The notes below the pieces were generated by a model. It ran no database searches. It saw only the letters and a program-made list of their open reading frames with translations, and was not told where the DNA came from. A stretch of 64,000 nucleotides of DNA, taken from assembly GCA_963725155.1 (NCBI GenBank), contig CAVRXU010000007.1, positions 174,588 through 238,587 on the forward strand. The letters are read 5' to 3'. This document shows positions 57,441-64,000 of the stretch, piece by piece. Source of the stretch: an uncultured Microthrixaceae bacterium (GTDB lineage Bacteria > Actinomycetota > Acidimicrobiia > Acidimicrobiales > DATDAH01). Each line of letters begins with the position of its first letter. Positions within the stretch are counted from its first letter, which is position 1. The position numbers were made by a program, and so were the translations under genes.

Positions 57441-58993
57441 CGGCCCAGCACCGTCGCCACCTCGGCGACCGTGAGGTAGGGAGGCAGCACCCGCAGGACC
57501 TGCGGGGCGAACAGCGAGCCGGCCAGGACGTCCCGCGCGGCGCCCGAGGCCACCACGTCCCCGTCGCCGAGGACCACGGCCCGGGTGGCGCAGCGGGCCG
57601 CCAGCTCGACGTCATGGGTGGCCAGGACCACTGCCCCGCCGCCCGCGGCGTGGTCGGCCACGGCGTGTTCCAGGGCGGCCGCCGACGGGGGGTCGATGCC
57701 CCGGGTGGGCTCGTCCAGGAGCAGCACCTCGGCCCCGCCGACGGCGACCGCCCCGATGGCGACCCGCTGGCGCTGGCCCGCCGACAGCGACCGGGGATGG
57801 CGGTCGGCCAGGGCGGCGAGGCCCAGGCGGTCGAGCCAGGCGTCGACGGCCTCGGGCTCCCGGAGGGCCAACAGGCGCAGGGTGTGCTCCAACTCCGCCC
57901 GGACGGTAGGGGCGAACAGCAGGGCGTTGGGGTCCTGGGGGAGGTAGGCGATGCGGGCCACCGCGTCGACGCGGCCCCCGTCGACCTCGAGGAGGCCGGC
58001 CAACGCCCGCAGCAACGTCGTCTTGCCCGACCCGTTCCGGCCCAGGAGGGCCACGACCTCGCCCCGGCGGACCTCGAGGTCGACGCCCCGCAGCGCCAGG
58101 TGCTGGCCGAGGCGCACCCGGACACCCTTGGCCCCGACCAGGACCTCACCCGTCCCCGGGGTGTCGGCGCGGCCGTCGGGGGCGGGGAGCACGGTGTCCC
58201 GGGCCAGGCGGCGGGCGTCGCGCACGGTCAGCGGGGGTGGGGACCACCCCAGCAGGTGGCCGAGGTGCGTGACGGGCGGCGCGCCGTCGTAATCAGCCAG
58301 CAGGGCGGGGACCGCGTCGGGCCCGCGCAGCCGACCACCGTCGATGCCGACCGCCTGATCGGCCATGGGCGCGGCCCGTTCGAGACGGTGCTCGGCCACC
58401 AGGATCGTCGTGCCCAGGTCGGCGTTCAGCCGGGTCACGGCGGCGAGGACGTCGTCGGCGCCCTGGGGGTCGAGCTCGCTGGTGGGCTCGTCGAGGACGA
58501 GGACGTCGGGGCCGGCGGCCAGGGCGCCGGCTACCGCGGCCCGCTGACGCTCGCCGCCGGAGAGGGTGGTGGGGGAGCGGTGGCGCAGGTGGGCGATGCC
58601 CAGGGCGTCGAGCACCTCCTCGACGCGGCGGCGCATGGCGGCGGGCTCCATCCCGAGGTTCTCGAGCGAGAAGGCGATGTCGTGCTCCACCTCGTCGACG
58701 ACGAACTGGGCCTCGGGATCCTGGTGGACGAAGCCGACCGTGTCCGCCAGGTCACGAGGGCGGTGGTCGCGGGTGCTGCGACCGGCGACGGTGACGGTCC
58801 CCTGGAAGTGGCCGCCGGTGGCGTGGGGGACGAGCCCGTTGACGGCCCGCAGCAGGGTGCTCTTGCCTGAGCCGGACGGCCCGACGACCAGCAGGACGTC
58901 GCCGGCGGCGACCGTCAAGTCGATGTCGACCAGGGCCGGGTCCTCGTCGGCGTAGGCGAAGGCCACGCCGGCGAAGGTGACGACCGCGCTCAC
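57437..58993 (-). CDS. ECF/ABC transporter ATP-binding protein with duplicated ATPase domains
   Basis: Two complete cassettes: GPSGSGKST...LSGGERQR...VLVLDEP and GRNGSGKTT...LSAGQRQR...VLLLDEP. GTG 58993 overlaps the T-component stop (GTGA). Confidence 0.92.
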   Translation of the reverse strand: MSAVVTFAGVAFAYADEDPALVDIDLTVAAGDVLLVVGPSGSGKSTLLRAVNGLVPHATGGHFQGTVTVAGRSTRDHRPRDLADTVGFVHQDPEAQFVVDEVEHDIAFSLENLGMEPAAMRRRVEEVLDALGIAHLRHRSPTTLSGGERQRAAVAGALAAGPDVLVLDEPTSELDPQGADDVLAAVTRLNADLGTTILVAEHRLERAAPMADQAVGIDGGRLRGPDAVPALLADYDGAPPVTHLGHLLGWSPPPLTVRDARRLARDTVLPAPDGRADTPGTGEVLVGAKGVRVRLGQHLALRGVDLEVRRGEVVALLGRNGSGKTTLLRALAGLLEVDGGRVDAVARIAYLPQDPNALLFAPTVRAELEHTLRLLALREPEAVDAWLDRLGLAALADRHPRSLSAGQRQRVAIGAVAVGGAEVLLLDEPTRGIDPPSAAALEHAVADHAAGGGAVVLATHDVELAARCATRAVVLGDGDVVASGAARDVLAGSLFAPQVLRVLPPYLTVAEVATVLGR

Positions 58994-60195
58994 GACCCAA
59001 CCTCCTGGACCGCCCTGGCCGCACTCGGGGCGCTGGCGGTGATGGATTCGGGAAGCGGCTGAGTGGGCAAGAGGGCGGGCACGGCGAGCAGGAGGACCCC
59101 GATGGCAGGGAGGGGGGCCAGGTCTGGAGCGTGCAGAGGCGAGGCCGACCAGGTCAACGAGTCCTCGCCGCCTGCCGCGGCGACCGCGACCAGGGTCAAC
59201 GCCAGCGCGCTCGTCGCCATGATGAACAGGTCCTCGCCGCTGAGGGCCCGGGGGCGGTAGCGCTGACGCGGTGATGCCTTCGATGCCAGGACGACCGAGC
59301 TCACCAGCAGGACGGCGCCGGTCGTGGCCAAGACGACCGCCAGGGTCGAGCGTCGGCCCACGAGGGCGACGAACGAGCCGGCCAGGGCGGTCAGGGCCAG
59401 CAGGGCCCCCCACGCCGACGCGGTGTCGGCCGGCCCCGGGGGGTGACGGGCGAAACCACGGGAGTCCATCGAATCGGCCAGGCGCAACGAGCGTTCCATC
59501 CCGGTCTCCAGGACGGGGACGACCGTGCGGGCCAGGCGACCCCGGCGGCGGACGATCCCGCCGGTGCGGGCCTGATCCGCCTCCCGGGCGCCCTGCCACG
59601 AGGCCACGGTCGACGGCACGAAGGCGGCGGCGATGGTCACCACCAACCCGGCCTCGTGGAAGGCCCGGGGGGCGCTGCCCAGCAGCTCGTGGTGGGACAC
59701 GACGCTGTTGAAGGCGCCGAAGACGCCGAGCAGGGCGACGATGGCGTAGCCCTCGGCCAGGGACTGGAGCACGACCTCCTTTTCGATGGTGCCGCCGATC
59801 GTGAAGCCGCCGAGGATGCGGGGCAGGGTGGCTTCGGGCAGCGTGAACAGCACGGTGCCGACGGCGTGGGTGGTCAGGGCGGTGAGGACGACCCGGATGA
59901 GCGCCATCACGATCCCGGCGACCACCAGGAGTCGGAACGCGCCCGTCGAGCTGATGCGGTGGGCGCTGGCCACGAGGGCGCTGGCGGCCAGGACCAGCGT
60001 GACGTACAGGGGACTGGAGGCCAGCTGCACGATGACCACAGCGGCCAGGGCCCAGGCCAGCCAGGTCACGGCGTGGAAGCGGGGGACGGTGCTCAACGGC
60101 AAGAGGATGCCGCGGGGCGCCCGTGCCCGCCTCTTCGCGTCGGTTGACGCTCTGGCCGGGTCCCGCCTACCGTGCCCGGCGGAGCGGTCGCCCAT
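58990..60195 (-). CDS. ECF transporter transmembrane (T, CbiQ/EcfT-family) component with C-terminal extension
   Basis: HAVTWLAWALAAVVIV... multi-TM protein with the coupling-helix region ARTVVPVLETGMERSLRLADSMDSRGF (Ala-Arg-Gly-type motifs). ATG 60195 chosen. The longer ORF to 60399 would be antisense to the riboswitch. Confidence 0.8.
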   Translation of the reverse strand: MGDRSAGHGRRDPARASTDAKRRARAPRGILLPLSTVPRFHAVTWLAWALAAVVIVQLASSPLYVTLVLAASALVASAHRISSTGAFRLLVVAGIVMALIRVVLTALTTHAVGTVLFTLPEATLPRILGGFTIGGTIEKEVVLQSLAEGYAIVALLGVFGAFNSVVSHHELLGSAPRAFHEAGLVVTIAAAFVPSTVASWQGAREADQARTGGIVRRRGRLARTVVPVLETGMERSLRLADSMDSRGFARHPPGPADTASAWGALLALTALAGSFVALVGRRSTLAVVLATTGAVLLVSSVVLASKASPRQRYRPRALSGEDLFIMATSALALTLVAVAAAGGEDSLTWSASPLHAPDLAPLPAIGVLLLAVPALLPTQPLPESITASAPSAARAVQEVGS

Positions 60196-60204
60196 CGGCT
60201 CGGA

Positions 60205-60410
60205 GGTCGTGGGCGGTCCCGGCAGCAACACCGCCGGGATGGGGGAAGTCGGTGCGAGACCGACGCTGACCCGCAACTGTGTGCGGCCCTCGGGCCGTGA
60301 GCCAGGATGCCCGCCACTCCCGTCGGTTCGCCGACGCCCGTTTCGGGTGCCGCCCAGGGAGTGGCCCCCCATGAGGGCCCCCGCGGAACGGGGCCCCACG
60401 GAGGTCTGTC
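60205..60410 (+). promoter_or_regulatory. cobalamin (B12) riboswitch: aptamer about 60205-60321 plus expression platform to the ATG at 60411
   Basis: Conserved core GGGAAGTCGGTGCGAGACCGACGCTGACCCGCAACTGT (60241-60280) and a B12-box-like GAGCCAGGATGCCCGCC (60299-60315). In the platform, CCACTCCC (60314-60321) can pair with GGGAGTGG (60357-60364). A hairpin GGGCCCC/GGGGCCC (60375-60396) abuts the RBS GGAGG (60400-60404). Confidence 0.85.
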
Positions 60411-62054
60411 ATGCGCGTACTTCGGCCGATCATCATCGGCTCCCTCGTTTCCGCCCTGTTCGTCGGCGCGGTCGCGCCGTCGGCCGGTGCGGACACGGTC
60501 ACCGACGACGGTGTGGCCTGGCTGACCACCCGACAGCAGGCGAACGGTGGCTTCGAGGTCGCCGGATTCGACGGCTTCGAGACCCCGGACGCGATCCTGG
60601 CCATCGCCGCCAATGCCCAGACCACGGCGACCTGGTCGACGTCGGAGGCCTTGGCCGCGGTCGAGGCGGTGGACAACGCCGGCGTCACGGCCCTGGACTG
60701 GGTCGACGCTTGGGTGGACGGCGAGCTGACCGATCCGCCCTTGATCGGCCAGGAGGCCAAGCTCATCCTCCAGGTCGCGGTGCCGCTCGGCTTCGACCCG
60801 ACCGACTTCGACCCTGGCGACGACGACGCTCCCGGTGACGGCGTGGACCTCACCGCCGGCCTCGACGAGAACGCCCCGGCGCTCTTCAACTCGTTCCTGT
60901 TCGCCCGGCTGGCCGAGTCGCTGCTGGGTCAGAACGTCCATCAGGCCGACCTGCAGGTGATGTGTGAGTCCGAGAAGGTCACCGGGGGTGGTTGGAGCTT
61001 CGACGGTGATCCCGCCGGGCCGAACTCCGCCGACCTCGACACCACGGGCTTCGCCGTGATGGCCCTCGTCGCCGCCGGCATCGACCCCAGCGCCCCCGTC
61101 CTCGAGACGGCCGAGACCTTCGTGCTCGGTGGCCAGGTCGCCACCGGAGAAGATGAGGGCGCGTGGCAATCCTTCGGGTCGCCGGACCCGAACGCCACGG
61201 CGCTGGCCATGTTCTCGGTCACCGCCCTGGGCGCCGGCCTGGACGACCTCGCCCACGATCCGGTGGCCTGGCTCCAGTCGCAGCAGCTCGCCGTGCCCCC
61301 CGCGGACGACGGCCGCTTCGCCAGCCCCAACGACGGCTTCGGCGTGAACACCTTCGCCACCAGCCAGGCGGTGCAGGCCCTCCTGCTGGACCAGGACCCG
61401 GGGGCGGACTGGCTGCCGGTGGCCCCCCAGGTGTCAACCGTCCAGCGCCGATGCCTCCCGGCGGCGGGCTTCGCCGATGTGGCGGTGGGAGCGTGGTACG
61501 ACGACGGCGCCCGTTGGGTCGACGACGCCGGGATCGTCGGTGGCATCAACGGCGACCTACGTCCGGCCGGCCGGGTGAACCGGGCCCAGGCCGCCATGTG
61601 GCTGAACGACATGTTCGGAGGACCCGGCGGTGCCCCCCACAGCTTCACCGACGTGCCTGACGGGGCCTGGTACGAGGACGGCGTCGACTTCGTCGGGGCG
61701 GCGCCCAACGGCGCGATCGCCAATGGCTTCGGTGACCAGTTCCGGCCCCGGCTGACCCTCACCCGGGCCCAGGCCGTCTCGTGGCTCTACGCCGCGGCGG
61801 GCTCGCCCGACGTGACGGGTCTGCCACCGCACGGCTTCACCGACATCGGGCCGTCGACCTGGTACGGGGACGCCGCCACCTGGGCCGCGGCCAACGGGAT
61901 CGTGCTCGGCTTCGGCAACGACACCTTCCGCGGCGACGACAACGTCACCCGGGCCCAGTTCGCCCAGTGGATGTTCAACCTGGTGGCCACCCCCGAGGCG
62001 TGGACGGACGGGGCGACCCTGCCGCCGACCCTGCTGTTCTCCGTCTTCTCGTGA
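60411..62054 (+). CDS. secreted alpha/alpha-toroid (prenyltransferase-repeat) protein fused to three C-terminal SLH domains
   Basis: Signal peptide MRVLRPIIIGSLVSALFVGAVAPSAGA. Toroid repeats (TRQQANGGFEV, KVTGGGWSF, EDEGAWQSF, QSQQL...DDGRFAS). Three SLH units (FADVAVGAWYDDGARWVDDAGIVGG...VNRAQAA; FTDVPDGAWYEDGVDFV...LTRAQAV; FTDIGPSTWYGDAATWAAANGIVLGF...VTRAQFA). Confidence 0.8.
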   Translation: MRVLRPIIIGSLVSALFVGAVAPSAGADTVTDDGVAWLTTRQQANGGFEVAGFDGFETPDAILAIAANAQTTATWSTSEALAAVEAVDNAGVTALDWVDAWVDGELTDPPLIGQEAKLILQVAVPLGFDPTDFDPGDDDAPGDGVDLTAGLDENAPALFNSFLFARLAESLLGQNVHQADLQVMCESEKVTGGGWSFDGDPAGPNSADLDTTGFAVMALVAAGIDPSAPVLETAETFVLGGQVATGEDEGAWQSFGSPDPNATALAMFSVTALGAGLDDLAHDPVAWLQSQQLAVPPADDGRFASPNDGFGVNTFATSQAVQALLLDQDPGADWLPVAPQVSTVQRRCLPAAGFADVAVGAWYDDGARWVDDAGIVGGINGDLRPAGRVNRAQAAMWLNDMFGGPGGAPHSFTDVPDGAWYEDGVDFVGAAPNGAIANGFGDQFRPRLTLTRAQAVSWLYAAAGSPDVTGLPPHGFTDIGPSTWYGDAATWAAANGIVLGFGNDTFRGDDNVTRAQFAQWMFNLVATPEAWTDGATLPPTLLFSVFS

Positions 62055-62947
62055 CCCTGTCCCGCACTCTGCGGGCCGCCGTCCTGGGGGCCCTGGTCGG
62101 TTCTCTGACGGTGGCCGGCATGGTCGGATCGGCCTTCAGCGCCCCGAGCCAGGAGGCTCAGGCCGTCCACCGGGCGGCGATCGTGGTCGACACCGGCTCC
62201 GGCGTCGTCTCCCGCTGCGTGACCTTCAGCGAGGACTCCATCAGCGGGATCACCGCGCTGCAGCGGGCCGGATTGGCCCCGGTCGTGCGGTCCTTCTCGG
62301 GCACCGGTGGCGCGGTGTGCGGGCTGAACGGGTTGGGGTGTCCGGCCGACAGCTCCTGCCTGACCTGTCAGGCGCCCAACTACTGGGCCTACTACCGGGC
62401 CGACAACGGCGCCGGGGGCTTCAGCTACTCGCCGGTGGGGGCGGGGAGCACCCAGGTCACCGACGGCGACGTAGAGGGATGGCGCTGGGGCTCAGGCGCC
62501 GGACCGGCCTTTCGGTCCTTCGGCTCGATCTGCCCCCTGCAGCCGCCCGTCACCACGACGAGCACGACCGCACCCCGGCCGCCGGGGGGAGGACCGGCAG
62601 GCGGAAACGGCAACGGCGCCGGCACGCCGTCGGGCGGCGGGCCGTCCTCGGGGGATCCCGGCGGGTCCCCGGCGGACGACACCACGCCGGGCGGGGCGTC
62701 GACGACCGTGGCCCCGCCGACCACCAGGGTGGGGGAGGGGAGCACGGCCCCCGACGGTCAGAGCACCGACGCGGCGACCGACGACGGGGCCGAGGACCTC
62801 GACGGCGAGGAGACCGCAGCCCGCACGCCCCTCGAGGACGACGGCTCGGGCGGCACCGCCCGGACGTGGATCGCCTTCGTGGCCCTGCTCGGTGTCCTGG
62901 GCGTCGCCGGCTGGCGCGTGAACCGGGTCCGCAGGCGCCCGAGCTAA
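62051..62947 (+). CDS. secreted DUF4430-like (transcobalamin beta-domain-like) protein with Pro/Gly/Thr linker and C-terminal TM anchor
   Basis: GTGA overlap with the upstream stop. Signal peptide. Domain AAIVVDTGSGVVSRCVTFSEDSISGITALQRAGL...GGAVCGLNGLGCP...YWAYYRADNGAGGFSYSPVGAGSTQVTDGDVEGWRWG matches the DUF4430 pattern. A low-complexity linker is followed by the TM helix WIAFVALLGVLGVAGW and the tail RVNRVRRR. Confidence 0.7.
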   Translation: MTLSRTLRAAVLGALVGSLTVAGMVGSAFSAPSQEAQAVHRAAIVVDTGSGVVSRCVTFSEDSISGITALQRAGLAPVVRSFSGTGGAVCGLNGLGCPADSSCLTCQAPNYWAYYRADNGAGGFSYSPVGAGSTQVTDGDVEGWRWGSGAGPAFRSFGSICPLQPPVTTTSTTAPRPPGGGPAGGNGNGAGTPSGGGPSSGDPGGSPADDTTPGGASTTVAPPTTRVGEGSTAPDGQSTDAATDDGAEDLDGEETAARTPLEDDGSGGTARTWIAFVALLGVLGVAGWRVNRVRRRPS

Positions 62948-63019
62948 CGCATCGAACACCCGTTCCCTCCGTCAGGGGACGCAGCTCGGTCATGCTGTGG
63001 TCACGGACGACCATCCCGC

Positions 63020-63427
63020 GTGCGCGGACGCCGAGTCCCTCGGCTGACCCTTCGGCAGGGCTACTTTCGTCACGTGACGGAAAAGGCCAGGGGACAGCAG
63101 TGCCGGTGGTGCCGCCGCCCGATGGCGTCGCGGGCGGGTCGCGGCCGTCCGCGCCTGTTCTGCCGACCGGCGTGTCGCCAGGCGGCCTACCGGGCCCGGC
63201 GACTGGCCACCGGCCACGGGCTGGCCGACGGCGAGGTCATCGTGCGGGAAGAGGCGCTCGAGGCGCTGGCCGATGCCCAGTACGCGCTCACGGCGGCGCT
63301 GGAGGACGTCGAGGTCGACGTGGCCGACGCCGCCGGCCCCGAGGACGTCGAGGCGGCCTTGGTGCACCTGGTGGAGGCGTGTGGGCCGCTGGCCGGCCTC
63401 CAGCTGCGCCCGGTCGCCGACCGCTGA
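63020..63427 (+). CDS. hypothetical protein with CxxC...CxxxC zinc-ribbon-like motif
   Basis: QCRWCRRP...RLFCRPACRQAAYRARR motif, then an acidic helical C-terminus. The start is uncertain (GTG 63020 or GTG 63074). The competing antisense ORF 62990..63367 looks less protein-like. Confidence 0.4.
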   Translation: MRGRRVPRLTLRQGYFRHVTEKARGQQCRWCRRPMASRAGRGRPRLFCRPACRQAAYRARRLATGHGLADGEVIVREEALEALADAQYALTAALEDVEVDVADAAGPEDVEAALVHLVEACGPLAGLQLRPVADR

Positions 63428-63488
63428 TCCCGCCTGACCGCCGGTAATCCTCGTTATGTAAAGCTAGGGTCGGATCCCGAAAAGCCGC

Positions 63489-63914
63489 TCAGGACAAGGT
63501 CTTCCCTGGGTTGCGCCAGCCCGTCCACAGCACCATCGCGGCCAACACGACGGACAGGAACAGGCTCACGGGCACCGCGACCTGGTCGGCGCCGTCCAAC
63601 GGGTCGAGATGGCGCAGGTGGTAGATCAGGTGCGGCAGGCCATACGCCAGCCACGCTCCCCCAGCGGCCAGCACGGCGGCTCGGGAGAGGGTGACAAAGG
63701 CCACAATGGCCACGACGGCCAGGGCCAGGTTCAGGGCCCCGACGTCCCGGACGAGATGCTGGTTGTAAGGCCCGTCGACACTCACCCAGATCCGGCCGGC
63801 CCCCGGGAAGTCGTCGTAGAACGACCGTGGGGCGAAGGCGGCCCACAGGCCGACCTGCAGGCCCACGACCGCCAGGATGGCGAGGGCGATGCGGACGACC
63901 GTTCTCGGTGTCAT
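63489..63914 (-). CDS. hypothetical 4-TM membrane protein
   Basis: MTPRTVVRIALAILAVVGLQVGLWAAF... with four hydrophobic helices. ATG 63914 is preferred over TTG 63938. Confidence 0.6.
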   Translation of the reverse strand: MTPRTVVRIALAILAVVGLQVGLWAAFAPRSFYDDFPGAGRIWVSVDGPYNQHLVRDVGALNLALAVVAIVAFVTLSRAAVLAAGGAWLAYGLPHLIYHLRHLDPLDGADQVAVPVSLFLSVVLAAMVLWTGWRNPGKTLS

Positions 63915-63939
63915 GGTCGGAGCTTTGCACCTGGACAAA

Positions 63940-63955
63940 ACGAACGGGTGTTCGT
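63940..63955. promoter_or_regulatory. 6-4-6 perfect palindrome in a divergent promoter region (candidate operator)
   Basis: ACGAAC-GGGT-GTTCGT lies between the membrane-protein start (63914) and an ATG at 63958 that opens an ORF running off the window. Confidence 0.25.
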
Positions 63956-64000
63956 CTATGGTGGCGGATGTGTTGGCGTTCCAGGGCTCACTGCTGTCCG

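Noticed and set aside
56490-60195. Calling the ECF system a cobalt (CbiMNQO) or biotin transporter.
   Set aside because: There are no CbiM/CbiN-like sequences and no BioY-like S component. The only substrate clue is the neighbouring cobalamin riboswitch, so specificity is left open in the feature table.
60196-60399. A longer ecfT ORF starting at 60399.
   Set aside because: The extra 68 codons are the reverse complement of the cobalamin riboswitch and look non-protein-like (MGPRSAGALMGGHSLGGTRNGRRR...). ATG 60195 gives a normal T-component N-terminus.
63958-64000. An ATG-initiated ORF (MVADVLAFQGSLLS...) running off the 3' edge.
   Set aside because: Only 14 codons are visible, which is too little to support a gene call. 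It is mentioned only as context for the adjacent palindrome.

Overview
This is a high-GC (about 70%) actinobacterial chromosomal segment. All calls were made by eye from the ORF translations and the raw sequence; no searches or folding programs were run.

Gene order mirrors two conserved Mycobacterium-type neighbourhoods: pyrG-nudix-xerD...scpA-scpB-rluB-cmk...der, and gcvH-FHA-merR-nuclease-merR...gcvP. Use of SLH domains hints at an Acidimicrobiia-like lineage. I support about 65 protein genes, one tRNA-Pro(GGG), one cobalamin riboswitch, a few strong hairpins and one short hexanucleotide repeat.

Most of the content is housekeeping:
- murJ, pyrG, xerD, trpS, scpAB and rluB
- an aroH-tyrA-aroA-cmk-plsC chain
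- an OpuC-type osmoprotectant ABC transporter
- ispH, der, furA-katG, and a SARP/STAND regulator
- an SRAP peptidase, mannose/phospholipid envelope genes, and the gcvH/T/P glycine-cleavage genes

Two things stand out.

1. **55.5-62.9 kb.** An ECF-type transporter (S, duplicated A, T) sits between genes for two secreted alpha/alpha-toroid (prenyltransferase-repeat) proteins and a DUF4430-like protein. One toroid protein carries three SLH domains. The SLH-toroid/DUF4430-like pair lies directly behind a clear cobalamin riboswitch. This looks like a split, surface-anchored, transcobalamin-like corrinoid capture module feeding an ECF importer.

2. **21.6-28.1 kb.** Twelve frame disruptions are confined to this stretch. 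Ten are +1 shifts within 1.85 kb, in a SpoIIE-type phosphatase gene and an acyl-CoA carboxyltransferase gene. One is in ispH and one is in a DivIVA-domain gene, inside a hexanucleotide repeat. The other roughly 57 kb reads cleanly.

No CRISPR array, transposase or integrase was seen. The only mobile-type gene is a DUF222/HNH gene.
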